From NCBI RefSeq assembly GCF_009914755.1, contig NC_060942.1: 64,000 nt of DNA; one strand, 5' to 3'. Positions 12,681 to 27,199 of this stretch are shown piece after piece. Below the pieces are notes generated by a model that did not search any database, had not been told where the DNA came from, and saw only the letters and a program-made list of their open reading frames with translations. The translations under genes were made by a program, and so were the position numbers. How positions within the stretch are numbered: position 1 is the stretch's first letter; every line of letters begins with the position of its first letter. This DNA is from the human T2T-CHM13v2.0 reference genome, Homo sapiens.

Positions 12681-13647
12681 AAATGCTGAATGATCTATAT
12701 TTTCGTCCTTCTTTTACAGACTTCTAAATTGTCTTTGACATTTTTTGTAATGTCTGATGCCTACTGATTTGTTCTGGGGCCTTCAGCTACCCATCTCAGT
12801 TTTTCTGTCTGTAAAATGGAATTAATGACACTGGCTGTCTATCTCATGGGTGGCTGTGAGGCTCAAGGGAGAAATGGATGAAAACAGGCTCTGGCTGCCA
12901 TCAGGTGCTGTAGGATTCAACTGCAGGACATTAGAGGTGGCCCATGTTCTGCCCAGCACCTGTCTACTGCACGGTAATGTCCCCGTGGCCACATAGGCAA
13001 GCTGTGCATCACAGCTGGGTTCTCCAGTGATGGAAGAATACATGACTCCAGTTATCTGTTAGTTCAACATTTACTATATAGCACCAAGGACACAGGTGCT
13101 AGGAAGAGCCGTGATGTTGTGTCAGCACCATCTGAGCTTCAAGAGTATGGCTGCAAATGATGATAATCACAATAATGAAAATCTTACTGCTTTCAGCTAA
13201 CCACTTATCTCACATATAGTAACTCATTTGTTATTTGTTATTCTTGTTTTAAACATATGGCCAATGAGCTCTAAAGGGTTGGACCCACTCAAGGGGCCCA
13301 GCAAGTAAGGGGCTGAGCTTCCCCACTTGGACGCTGTCATTTCCCTACTCTAGGACTTTTGATGATGCCCTTTGTGGGACCCTGCCATCTCAGTCTGCCT
13401 TTTGTGGTCCCCCACAGTCTGTTCTGGATATAATTTCCCAGTTCTCTCTGACCTGGGGTCTTTTTAAAGCTGGTCTCTAAACTGCCTCTGAACAGTCCAT
13501 TCTCTTTTCTGCATTGGTGCGTGTTCCTTTGAGCTGCTCACACCTCTAGTCCCACCTCTCTGGTCATCCCAGGGTCTTTAAGACCCCTTGTGAGTCAGTT
13601 TCACTTCTTCCCTGACACCTTCTCCTCTAAGCTATGTGACTTCAGAG

Positions 13648-14165
13648 AGTGGCAGCCAGCCTCCGGAATGGCTCCCAAGGATCCTCACCTCGTGGTATTC
13701 ATGCCCCGTGCAGTCCCCTCCTGCATTGTATCAGGGCTGGTATATGTGCCTACAGACTACAGGAAGGCGATGGTGTGTGCCTGCCATGGCGAGGCTATAA
13801 GAGATATTGCCACATTCACCTTGATTTCTCCAGGAACTCTTACTGTGGGGGAAACCATTGTCATCTTGAGAGATAGTTCAGCAGCCCAAGGAGAGGTATG
13901 AAGAGGGACTGAGGCCTCCCATCAACGGCCAGCACAACTTGCCAGTGATGTGAGTGAGCCAGCTTGGAAGTAGGTCCTCCTGTCCCCACCTCCAGTCCCA
14001 GTCACCTTCAGGACTGAAACCACATAGGAATCCCTGAGCCAGAACGTTCCAGCTAAGCTGCTCCTGGATTCCTGAGTATAAAATCATGTGGATGAGAGAT
14101 GTTTATTGTTTTAAGCTGCTATGGTTTTGGGGCATTTTGTTATGCAGAAACAGCTAACTAATGTA
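13648..14165 (+). mobile_element. MLT1F-like MaLR solo LTR
   Basis: Starts 'gtggcagccagcctcc...atggctcccaaggatcctcacctcgtggtattcatgccc'; ends 'tgttttaagctgctatgg...ttatgcagaaacagctaactaatg'. Confidence 0.9.
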
Positions 14166-14649
14166 CATTAACTAACTCAACTCCTTTGGGAAGCAGGATG
14201 TACTCTTTGGCCTTTGTCCATTTATTTTTTTTTGCCTGGGTTTTGTGTGTGTCATCTTGTATCTCCAACAAAATAGTAAAGATCTGTGGTTTATAATTCC
14301 CCTATATCTCCCATCATGGTTACTGGGGGTTGGGAACAGCAGGAGAATACACAGTGATTTGCCAGCTTCCTATTTGCAAACAGAAGGCGGGGGTTAACTA
14401 AAAGGCTCCAGCACACACACATGCTTCTGGTTTGGCTGGTACCCTCCTAAGTATGCAGACAACTCACACACAGAATGCCTGCAACCTCCCCACCTGAGAC
14501 CTACAACTCACTGGCACACTGGAGCATTCAAATGCCAGCATTCTCAAATGTCCCATGGTGTGCCTGACTCACAACCCATTGCCAGTGGTCTCCTGGAGGG
14601 AGGGGCAGGAGGGCCTGGAGAGGGCTGTCACTTCTTACTACACTGACTG

Positions 14650-14810
14650 CTACTAGAGATTTATTTACCGGCCCCACACCCTTTTCAAAGATATTTCTTT
14701 CAAAGCCAGAGCGACAGCCTCCCTTTCAGCTTTCCTGACACTTAATTCCAAATACATGGTACACTTAATCCCACAGAACAATTTAGGAGCTAAAGAATCA
14801 TAAAAAAAAA
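14650..14810. promoter_or_regulatory. Candidate enhancer (TCF/NKX/SOX/OTX/KLF motifs)
   Basis: CCACACCC, TTCAAAG x2, ACACTTAAT x2, TAATCC, AACAAT and TCATAAA within about 140 bp. Confidence 0.35.
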
Positions 14811-15659
14811 TACTGTGGAGGGAGCTGTTGCTGCTCCTTTGAAAACAGCCCCTGCCCCAGTCTCTCCCCAGCTGCCTCCTGGTCCCCAGTCCCCAGAGGT
14901 CCATCCCCCCACCCGCCCAGGCAGCTTCCCTACAGGCAGCTGGTGGGAGGGTGCGACCCTTCCCCGGCTTCTTCCTCCTCCCACTCTTTTCCAGGCAGGC
15001 AGGCTTATTTCTCAAGACTAATAAACACCAGTTGAAGGGAGGAGGAGAGCCCCTTTGTAAAACGGTGTCTAAATAGAGGCAGCTCTACCATTTTTTTTCG
15101 GCCGGGTGGGTGGAGGTGACCAAAGATACAATTATAATGTAGCCCATCCTCTCCCACACGACCCATTTTAACCAGTGTGTAATAAAGCCCAGCTCATCCA
15201 CCCTCTGATTTGGGTCAAATGAGAGGAATTTTTAGCTTTTCTGCGGAGTTTGTGCCAGCAGGGGAAGCAGAGGGGAGAAGGAGGAGGGAAGGAATAAACA
15301 AATATGCTACAGTTCTCTGGAAGAAAGGAAAGGCAGGGCATGCAGGGAGCGGGGATGGGGATGGCCACCCTTCACTTCCGCCAACCGAGTCCCTCTCTCC
15401 ACAGTAGCCATCTAGCTCCCAAACCTTGGCTGAGACTAAGGTCTCCCTCTTCCTTGCTCCTGACTCAGTGAATCAGCTTTCACTGTGGGAGCCCATGGCA
15501 CACCCCCTCTGCTCCTCCTGCCTGCCTCCTGCTGGTTCCCTCCACCTTCCAATACCTGGAAGATGTCACCAGTGTGCCCAACTCCCACCAGCCTGGCCTT
15601 GCCCATTCCGCCTCCTCAGCTAAAATGCCGTCCCCTCCCAACCTCCTCACCCTACCCCA

Positions 15660-15760
15660 CCTTCATTGGGTGAACTCTTGCTCATCCTTTAAGACTTGGC
15701 CCAGGTGTCACCTCCTCCAGGAAACCTTCCTGAATTAGGTGCCTGTCCTTCATGTTCCCA
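15660..15760 (+). mobile_element. L2 fragment
   Basis: 'aactcttgctcatcctttaagacttggcccaggtgtcacctcctccaggaaaccttcctga'. Confidence 0.75.
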
Positions 15761-17524
15761 TCCTTCCCTCTCTCCTAGTCCTCACCACATGGAGATGTAA
15801 GTGGAAAATAGGTGCTATTGTGATGGGCCTGGGGAGAGCAGGAGAAATAGCTCTGGGGTGTGAGGTGCTGGGGATGGGGTCAGCAGACCACAGCGGGTGC
15901 TGCAGGGTGAGTGTCGGGGGATCAGGTACACCCATAGCCCGTAGAGTGAAAGGGGCTGCCAGGAATGGAGAGAAACCCAGTCGCATCCAACCCCAGCTGC
16001 TTGAAAAGTGGTGACCAAGCCGCCATGGAGTGCTGGGGCTGGGGTGGGATTGGACAGTGGTAGGGACAGGGGTATGACCCTGTTCTGGCCACTAGAGAGC
16101 AAGGGGTTTACCACGCAGTGAGCAAGGCAGGAGGTGAGGGCTTGGAAATATTTACAGGTCATTTATAGAGCTTTAGACGAATGGACCTTCATCATGAAAA
16201 CTGAAAGGAAAAATGTGTACACAGATGCAAAGTTCAACAGAGAAAAGGGTCATGAGGAAGCTTTCCTGAAACAGACAAGAGTAGGATAAAACAAAGGCTG
16301 GATCATTTACACATTCCCCAGGAAAATATTGCTTCCTTTACAGCTTCACCCCAAGACTCATTGTGGTCTGTGCACTGAGGGGCCACCCACCTGGTATAGT
16401 CCCACGTGGAGTGCTTGGCCTCGTCTTTCCTTTGTAAGGGATGCTCTCACTCCTTTACCCTTGAGTCCCTCTTTTCCCTCCACTAGTCCTGAACACTCAC
16501 TGAGCCCCTCAGGCAGTTGAGGACAGAGCAGGAGGCCTTCAGGCCCACAAGCACCCCCAATTCCATCAGCATACTCAACAATGAGTTTCACGCACATATA
16601 TGTATGGCCAGCTTTCAAATGCAGACGGGATTGGAATCGATTCAACACAAATGTAGGTAAAATCATTACGGAATCACCCAGGGTTGGGGTACAGCCAAGC
16701 AGGGTCCCATGACATATTTTCAGCTCCAAAAAGGATGCTTATTTTCAAAAGCATGGAGCCCACTGGACGGGAATGTAAGTTCCTTGAGAATGAGAATGAG
16801 TTGCTTCTCTGTACCTTTCACAGAGTGGAGCCTGGAGGTTCACATCACTAGGCATTTGGTATAATGTTTGTTGAGTGACTTGCTGAGCACAGATGGGCCT
16901 ATTTACCTTGAAATAGTCAGTATCACTTCTACTGTCGAAAGCAGGAAATGACCTGGGAGCATCAGTAATAAAGAATGGCAAAGTCCTCAGTAAACAGCAA
17001 GTGCCGATGTGTGCTCTGCAGGCCTGGGCACACAGTGTACCTCTGTTCTCACGTGTGGCAAGAAGGACAAAGTGCTAAACCAGAAAATTTACAGGAGCTA
17101 AATCTCCCAAGGAAAACATGAGAGAATCTTATTTCTTCTCATTAAACAATTTATAAATCAGTATAAAAAGGATTTCCTCTGAAAACCTTTGGCCCAATAT
17201 TGCTTCAATATTGCTATAACTTCAAAACATAACAAAGACAGCCATTGTGAAACATGCCATTGTGTTCCTGAGGGTTCATCATGTGATAGGTGAGGGGAAC
17301 ACCTTTAAGGGGCTTGATCCCCAGAAGGGGAGAGGAGAGCACTTCCCTCTCCCTCTCCCCAGGGAGGACCTGGATTAGCTGGAAGCATGAGTCACGCTTG
17401 ATTTTCATGCTGTTGGCGCACTCTATCACTTCTGTGCTCAACACAAGATCCTGTCACAGTCAGAACCCCTGAACACTAAGCGTGTCAAGACATATCTAGA
17501 GCTGCTTTAATTTCATGCATCTTC

Positions 17525-17700
17525 TCTTGAGCACCTACTGTGTGCCAGGTATTGAGCTGGGCTCTTTTACACAAATTACCTCATTTGATCCTTACGCTAA
17601 CCCTATGAGATGATTATTTTTACCCTCATTTTCCTAGAAGGAGACTGAGACCAGGAGTGGCCAAGTCACATATCTCAGGACTGCAGTAAGTCAGTGGCCT
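17525..17700 (-). mobile_element. MIR SINE
   Basis: 'ttgagcacctactgtgtgccaggtattgagct...ctcatttgatccttacgctaaccctatgag'. Confidence 0.85.
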
Positions 17701-18128
17701 GTTCCATTCTAGAACATCTGAGAGCATCCAAAGGCTAAAAACTGGGATAACTCATGGGTGGCAGAGCTAGGAATGCTGTCCGCAAATATCTGATGAAGGC
17801 CTTAAGATGTCAGGGCTGGACAGGGCCTTTTATGGTTGAGGATGCTGAGGCACAGAGATGTCAAAGTGTCTACCTGGTTGTGGCAGAAAGCTCAGCTTGA
17901 GCTCTTAGGCATGGCCAAGATGCTTGTCCTGGCACAGGGAGCCACAGTGACTGCGCTGGAACCCGCATTTTGCCTTCACCTGCTCAGCTCTCTGTTCAGG
18001 ATGGAGGCCCTGGCATCAGTGGGATGGAGAAAGTCTGTGACTCTGCCAGCCAGCAACCAGAAAGGATTACAGAGACACCATTCTCATCCCTGAGATTACC
18101 CTCCCTCCTTCCCACCACCCAAGCCAAA

Positions 18129-18241
18129 AGGTGAGACCAACATGTCTTGGTTTTCCCAGGACTTTCCTGGTTGAAGCATTGGAAGTCCTGCATTCCAGAA
18201 ACCCCCTCTGTCTCAGGCAAGTTGGGATGGTTGGTCACCCT
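18129..18241 (-). mobile_element. MER81 (hAT-Blackjack MITE)
   Basis: TIR 'ggttggtcaccct' and CpG-decayed body 'gtcttggttttcccaggactttcctgg...gaaacccc'. Confidence 0.8.
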
Positions 18242-19492
18242 CGTTCATCTCCGCCTCCTTGTATGCACCACCCATCTCCGCTGCCCTTAAGGATCATGTG
18301 ACATCAGCTCCACTAGACAAACAGCGCAGGGGCTTTTCCCCCCCAGCTTACACCCTTGAGGTCCTGTCCTGTCCCATTCAATGCCAGAGGAAGAGTTCCT
18401 GCTGTCACCAGGGATTGCTTAACCTGGGCACCTTAATACTTCTGTGAGGGGGCAGCCCTCTGCCCTGGGGCTCCCAGAGGGATCCAAGGCAAAGAGGAGC
18501 AGACAGTAGGGTGACAGAACATAACAGAACTGGGAAGAAAGGCAGGAGGGGAAGTTAATGAGATTTAAACAGGGAGAAAAGGGAGGAAAGGGAAGCAGGG
18601 AAAAGGAAGGTGTGGAAAAAGGAGAGAAAGGAGGAGAGGTGACAGTATGTGTTATAGAAATAAAAGAATGGCCAATTGCCATGGCCAGCTTTCTCAACAA
18701 GAAGTGGTCTAGGTTTTCAACAGATGCTCACTGGGCAGAGATGTCTTGAGAGGTGTATGGGGCTATGGGGATTATGTGGTTAATCCTAATTTTGCAGATG
18801 TTGAGAAAACTAAAGCTTATAGGACTGGAATGTAAAAGCGTCCATGGTAGAAATCATGCCAAATGCCTTTTTTGTATCCAACCCAAAACTTCCATGATAT
18901 CTTTGCATTTATATTTAATTTATAATTATATATAATTTATAATTGATAATTAAATACTTATTAATAAGGACAGTGACAATAGTGATATTGATCTCTGGCA
19001 ATCCAGTCCTCCTCCTAAGCATGTCTTTCCAAGTAAATGTCAACACAAAGTTGTATAATTATATTGGAAATTTGAGCAATATGGCCATGAAGAATGAGAA
19101 GGTGGCCCCAGTCTACTGGGAAACAGAAGCAGGGTTGGCTCCATGCATATGCAGCTGCTGGATGGGGTCACTGGAGGGCACCCCACTAAGCTCTGCCCAT
19201 TCCAAAGTATATCTCTTCCACCAGCAGAGTGTGATGCCATCCACCTTGCCATTCCAACCACTGGGAATTCCCACTAGGGGAGGTCTTAACAAGAAGCTCT
19301 GCTGGTGGAAACCACTAAGGCCTTTTTTATCCTGTATCCAAGTTATTTCAGGATTTCTGGGCTAGTCCTATAGTAGTACTTGTGAGCTTATCATGTCAAT
19401 GACTCGTCTTCTTGGAAGATACAGGGTACCTGTCCCATGGACCTTGGGCCCACCATCTGTGCCTGTGAGTTGAGGCAAGAAGAATGGCAATA

Positions 19493-19784
19493 GGCCAGGT
19501 GTGGTGGCTCATGCCTATAATCCCAGCACTTTGGGAGGCCGAGGCGGGTGGATTACTTGAGTTTAGGAGTTCAAAACCAGCCTGGGCAATATGGCAAAAC
19601 CCCATTTCTACAAAATATACAAAAATTAGCTGGGCATGGTGGCATGCACCTGCAGTCCCAGCTACTTAGGAGGCTGAAGTGGGAGGCTCACTTGAGCCTG
19701 GGAAGTTGAGGCTGCAGTGAGCCGTCTTCACACCACTGCACTCTAGCCTGGGTGACAGAGTGAGACTATCTCAAAAAATAAAAA
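19493..19784 (+). mobile_element. AluJ SINE
   Basis: Full dimer; 16-bp TSD aagaa(g/a)aatggcaata at 19477-19492 and 19785-19800. Confidence 0.97.
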
Positions 19785-20146
19785 AAGAAAAATGGCAATA
19801 GGAACAGGGAGAAGAAGGTGGTCCCAAGGCAGGGCCCCCCGGGAGGAGTAGGATGCAGGCTGAAGTGGACCCTAGAAGTTCTGCTCTAGAGGAAAATGGC
19901 AGGAGAAGACCTGGAACAAAGCAACAAAGCCCACAGAGGGCTTCTCGAAACACCACCTCCCTCCTTCAGGGTACTCCTAAGCTCCCACCACTCCACTCAA
20001 GGAAAGGACTCTGCAGTCACAGACTTTAACCGCCAAACATCTAACATGTCCTTTTGGTTGGGAGAGGCCCTGTGGGGAGAGTTTTGATGGTAGGAAGCAG
20101 GACTCTGCCTCCCACTGAGGAAGAGGGGCCTCCTTCCACTCCCAGT

Positions 20147-20195
20147 GCCCCCCGCCCCCTCCCTGTCCAGCGAGCGCATGCGCACACAGCGCTAG
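20147..20195. promoter_or_regulatory. GC box plus NRF1 site (candidate mini-promoter/enhancer)
   Basis: CCCCGCCCCC followed by the perfect NRF1 palindrome GCGCATGCGC at 20174-20183; CpGs retained. Confidence 0.5.
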
Positions 20196-20299
20196 GCCCA
20201 GCTGGCTGGACCCCGCTGCCAGGACCTTGAATCTTAAGTGAGTGACAGTTAGCAGCAGCAGTTTGTGTTGCTTATTTGCAACTATGAACTTTGAGTGAC

Positions 20300-20352
20300 A
20301 TAAATGTTGGGCATACCTGAATACCAGAGCCTTGCTGGAGATTCGCAATGAA

Positions 20353-20387
<35 letters not shown>

Positions 20388-20540
20388 AACACACACGCCT
20401 GAGAAAGCCCATAGTATAGAAACCTGTTTAACTTTGTTTAACTCTGCATTTCCCAAACTTGTTTAATCTTTCTGCTTTGCCTAACGCCTTTTAATATCCT
20501 GCAGAACTGGTGTGACAAGCACACCTTCAGGTAACACTGG
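20300..20540 (-). mobile_element. MER112-like hAT-Charlie element split by (TC)n(CA)n
   Basis: 'gaaacctgtttaactttgtttaactctgcatttcccaaacttg' and upstream 'ggagattcgcaatg' match the recalled consensus. Confidence 0.6.
20353..20396. repeat. (TC)n(CA)n compound microsatellite
   Basis: Seen directly. Confidence 0.95.
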
Positions 20541-21852
20541 GGGTAGAGCCATGCTTTCCAAACTTTTTCAGTCATGGAATTTGCAGAGAAACACTATTTT
20601 TATGGCACAAAGGAATTGGAGGGCTCTCAGGAGGTTGCTGGGCTGTTCAGCTGACAAGAGGCATGAAGGGGCAAAGCCACTGGTTGGGAAGCTGTGGACC
20701 AGAGGACAGAGCCCTCTGGGATACAAGCCTGGAGGCCTGACCTCTCGCCCTGGCTCTGGTGTGAAGCAGCCTCCATGAGGTCACACAGGTAGCTGCGGCA
20801 TCCCAGGGCCTCCTCTACTGTACCATACAGTTTCCCTCTAGGGCCGTTGGAGAAGTGGTCTTATCAGAGGATGCCTGCTTTCTCTGAACAGAAATGAGGG
20901 GGCAGAGTGGGGCAGCTCATCTTCCAATACACCCCCATCCCTGGAATTAGCTCAGGGTCAGGACTTGCCAGCTCTGCCCTCTCTGCTCACCCCTCCTCCT
21001 CCTTCCCAATAAGTTCTGGATCCAGCCCTAGTAGGCAATGCATGGAAGCTTCTTGTGTGAGGAAGCCCACCCATTTGGAGGTCTTCTGTCTCTGCATGTG
21101 GTATCTGCTCTCTCCTTCATCTGCCAGCCAGGCATCATCTCCTAACCTTCGGCTTCCATGCTGTTCATCTCCTGAGGCCCCATAATCCTTGCTGGCATCC
21201 CTGGGGACTGGGCTAGTGCCCACCCTGGCTCCACCAGCCTTGGTTTGCGGCTCTGTCTCTAGAGCCCCTATCTGCCCACAGCCTGCCTCAGCCAGACTCT
21301 TTGGAACACAATCTCTGGCTAACATCACATGCATATTTCAGAGGATCTGTACACCCCACGGATGTGGGTGCTGCCAAGCCCTGGGGGGGCGGAGGTGGGG
21401 GTGATGTGTTTCTAACAAGATCAACTATTATAACTGGGCTTTGATTTAAAGCAAAATCTATTTCACAAGCCATGTTTAGTGCTGAGTGAGAGGCGAGTGT
21501 GCAGAGACCATATCTGTAGATTATGGCATTAAGTGTGCAAATGCAAGCATAGATGAAGCAGCCACAAAATTATAGATAACAACGGGACCTGGATATAAAT
21601 CCAGGGAGTTGGCAGCCACTGGGAGGCCTCCCAACTCTCCCCTCTACTTAGAGGCTGAGTCAATTTATAGCTTCCCCCTCCCCTGTTCCTGAGATCTTCA
21701 AATGCAAGTCTACAGGCCCTGAGAAATGCTGGGCATGTTCACAAGTGCAGAAAAAGGCACTTCTCTTCAAGCTCTCACTGTGTTGCCATTTGGAGTGGAG
21801 GAGAAGGAGCAGCCACTAGACGTTAGGAGTCTTGGGTTTAAGACCTAGCTCT

Positions 21853-22184
<332 letters not shown>

Positions 22185-22403
22185 CTATTCCCTGCCAAAA
22201 TGAATGACTTGGAAAGGGTGGTTAGCCTCCTGGAGTCATAGCCTTCCTCTGTAAGTGAAGGAGCTGGATTTTACCTTGAAGATCCCTTCATAGTTTTATA
22301 ATCTATGAGTCCATGATAAATAAAACAGCAACGGAGGAACCAGCTATGAAACTCTGGATGAGTTGTTGACCACTTCTCTACTTCCCTTATTTGTAAAATC
22401 AGG

Positions 22404-23121
<718 letters not shown>

Positions 23122-23167
23122 GACTTGGTTAGACGAATTCAGTGGCACTCAAACTTGAGCCTTGTAA

Positions 23168-23469
<302 letters not shown>

Positions 23470-23479
23470 GAGCCTTGTC

Positions 23480-23838
23480 TAAGTCTTAACCCAGGCTACA
23501 CATCAGACACCTCAGAAGCTGTTAAAAAAAAAACAACAAAAAAACAAAACACCAGCATCTAGACCCCAACCCCAGACAAGTTGAATTAGACTTTCTGGAA
23601 ATGGAGCCTGGGCATCAGTGTTTTAAAACTCCCCAGGGCCTCCCCATGTGCAACCCAGGCTGAGGGCCATGGCTTCTCAGAGGAAACAAGTCACTTTGGA
23701 GCTTACTAGAAATGCAAATTCCCTGGGCCCCATCCAGGACCTAAGAATCAGAACCTTTGGGCAGGCTCCTGGCATCTCCAGACTTAACAAGCTCCCCAGC
23801 ACATTACTCAGCTGCTCTCTAAAGTTTGACAGCTCTGA
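23480..23838. mobile_element. Tandem MER5-family (hAT-Charlie) elements
   Basis: 'ccccagacaagttgaattagactttctgg...tgggcatcagtgttttaaaactccccagg' and 'agaaatgcaaattccctgggccccatccagg...aagtttgacagctctg'. Confidence 0.75.
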
Positions 23839-25004
23839 GCATGGACCACCTCTCAAGGCCCTTTTCACCTTCACAATGTGCTCCACTATTATGGTCAGAA
23901 TCTGGGGGCCAGAATATAATGTCTCCTCTCAGGAGGGGGCCGAGGACATCGTAGTGGGAGAAACCAGCAGGACCCCATGATGTGAGAAGAGAACAAGCTC
24001 TTTCCGGAGCTCAGGGAGTGAGATGAACTCAGCATCCTCCCAGTCTCCACTAAGGGCACGTGGCACCTGCCAGGTAGGCCGCCTCTGCTCCTGGAGGGTA
24101 TGTGTGGCCTCCAACCACCTTGGTATCCCCGGCCCCAGCGCAGCCAGGGCAGGGCACAGAGTAGGTGCTCATGCATTTCTGTTGCTGGATTGACTGAATC
24201 AATGAGCATACTGTCCCACAGTCACTGGGCCCACCCCTGTCCAGGTGTTCCTGTGGGTGGCACGCCTGTTACCTTTCTCAATTCTCACCACAATCGGAAA
24301 ATGCCCTTCCCTTGCTTGTTGTTTCATCTCCTAGGCATTCTCCAGGGTCCAGCTGACACCCTCTCCCTTTGAAAGATCTCCCGATTCTTCTCTTCCCTCT
24401 GCGGTCTCTCATCACTGTTCCTGACCGGATTTACAGTCAAGCCCAGATTGCTGCCTTGTGTAGTCCTTGAGTTATTTCTCCCTTTCTTCTGTGTCTTCCC
24501 CTGGACTGTGAGCAGACAGAGGACAGGCTGGGCATATGGCAGGAAGCTGTGAGAGCTTGAGAGCTCACAGAACATGCCCAAGACACCTGTGCTTTGTGGT
24601 TCAACAGAGGCCCAAGAAAGCAAGTCGGGCCCCTCTATCCTCTCCCACCCCCTCCCCATGTATTCGGAGCCTCTACTATCAGGAGCAAGGCTTTGTGCTA
24701 TATCTACATAATCTTAGACCCTGTTCCTTCCAATTCCAGGGATATGCTCTTAACCACTGCAGTATAAGCCTCCCCGCTACACTCTGAGTGGAGCAGAGGA
24801 AGGGTGTTTTTGTCTTTGAGAAAGGCAAGGATGAAGGGCAAGATTTGAGCCATGGTGGTAGATCAGAAAGAAGATCTGATAACAGGCTTAGGGATCAAAA
24901 TGGTAAGGAAATGGCTTCAGGGGAGTCAGGCCTGGCCCCTGGAGCGGGAGGAGAGGGAAGGGCTAGGCTCTTTATGTACATGCTGTCCATGGGGCCTGGT
25001 AAGA

Positions 25005-25145
25005 TTCCTGGAATCACTAACCCATTTCACAGGTGAGGCAATTGAGCCTCTCAGAGCTGAAGTAACTGACCCAAAGCATCCGTGCTCTTGTGTGGCAGAG
25101 CCAGAAGTCAAATCCAGGTCTCTGTGACCTCAAGGGGCACCAAAG
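25005..25145 (-). mobile_element. MIR SINE
   Basis: 'cccatttcacaggtgaggcaattgag...gtggcagagccagaagtcaaatccaggtctctgtgacctcaa'. Confidence 0.8.
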
Positions 25146-26334
25146 TGAGTATCAAAAAGGCAGAAAGGGACTTATCCCTTCACTCACTCAGCAAAAGCAT
25201 AGTAAGCAGGTCTGTGTGCCGGGCATTGCTAAACACATAGCAGCGAATAAAAGTGTCAGCCACAATGAGTTCACAGCCTAGTGACTGAGGAGTGAAATGC
25301 TTTAGGCCATGGCATCCTGGAGGGGGACTACCTGCCTGGTTCTGGAGTCATCCTCACCAAAGCTTTGAAGCCTGAATCCCAGCTGTAGGCTGGTCTCTGG
25401 CCTTCAGCTGTGAAAGTCATTCAGATACTGCCATCTGGAGAAAAGGATTGGTGCTATCTTGCTGGTCCAGGTCAAGAGGAGCAGGAGGAAGAAGAGGAAG
25501 AAGACTGCCTCCATCTCAGTGGATGTTTTCCAAGGGCCCCCACAAAGCTGGGAAGAGCTTGCCCCATTTCAGTGTGGGTGCCACACCTTTTCCAGCACAG
25601 GGTTCTCCTAGAGAAGGGAAATCCCCCATCTGAAACAGTGCCAAGGAGGCCGTAGTTTGCATCCACACTCCCCATTCATTGCTCCCTTAAACATCTGCAG
25701 GGACTAGAAGCCCAGCAAAGTCACCAAGAGTGACAGGCATCTGTACATGTTGGGGGAAGGAGTGCAAACATGCCATTCTTTAGGGCAAGAAGAGTCTATA
25801 GATCCAGAGGCCTCCCTAGCCCACCCCATCCTGCCCTTCCCATGTTTCTGCTCTGATCCTTTCCTTGGCTTCCTTTTGAGGCTGAGTTTTCCCCCTTTCC
25901 CCACTGAACTGCCCCTGGGGTCCCAGCCAATCTCAAAACCCAGCCCAAGCAGTAAAAATTCCCATCAGATAATATGTTGAGATTTCAGGTTCGGAAATCA
26001 CTTTATGTTGTATCCACTTTTCCCCAGCAGCGTCTAAGGTTCTTAAGGGGAGAGAGCATGTCATACTGCTTTTCACATCTATAGCACAATGCCTAGTACA
26101 TAGTAGGAACTTAATATGTTTATGATAAATGCAGTTTCACAACAGCTATGGATTTCCAGAGACTTCAGATGCAATAAAACATCCTTTACACAAAGGCACT
26201 ACCGCCACAGGTACTATTTAGAAGATCCAGGGGGTATTGTGATTACCCAGGGGTCCTCTTTAGGAACATAATGATGACATTAGAGTCTCTAAGAAACGTC
26301 TGGTCATTTATAATTTTGAGTAAAGAAGCATGAA

Positions 26335-27138
26335 TGACTCAACAACAGAAAAACCCCAACAACACAACTCAAATAGACATTTCTCTAAAGAAGACATACA
26401 AATGGCCCAGTAAGCACATGAACAGATGCTCACCATCACTATTAGGAAAGGGTAAGTCAAAACTACAATGAAATACCATCTCATAGCCATTAGGATGGCT
26501 ACTGTCAAAGAAACTAAATAACAAGTGTTGGTGAGGATGTAGAGAAATTGGAACCCTTGTGCCTGACTGGTAGGAATATAAAATGCTGCAGCTGCTGTGG
26601 CAAACGCTAGGGAGGTTCCTCAAAAAATTAGACATGGAATTACCATAGGATCCAGCAATTCTACTTTTGAGTACATAATCAAAAATAATTGGAAGCAAGA
26701 ACTCGAACAGATATTTGTACAAGCACATTCATAGCATTATTCACACTAGCTCAAAGGTGGAAACAAACCGAAGTCCATCAGTGGATGAATGGGGAAACCA
26801 AATGTGATATATACACAAAACAAAACATTATTCAGCCTTAAAAAGGAAGGAAATTCTAACACCTGCTACCACATGCGTGAACTTTGAGGATATCAGGTTA
26901 AGCGAAATATGCCAGACATAAAAGGACAAACACTGATTCTGCTTCTTGGAAGTACCTGGAATCAGGGGATGGAGGTGTGGCGAGTTAGTGTTTAATGGGG
27001 ACAGAGTTTCATTTGGGATGCTAAAGAAGTTCTGGAGATGGCTAGTGGTGATGTTTGCATTACACTGTGAATACACTTACTGTTACTGAATTATATACCT
27101 AAATGATGAATCTTACTTTACGTATAATTTTACCACAA
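26335..27138 (+). mobile_element. L1MB-type LINE 3' end
   Basis: 'aatagacatttctctaaagaagacatacaaatggcc...aagttctggagatggctagtggtgatg...tataattttaccacaa'. Confidence 0.93.
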
Positions 27139-27199
27139 GTGAATGTATGAATGAAGCATGAATGAATGAATGAATGAAGGCTGCATGGGATATGAGGAA

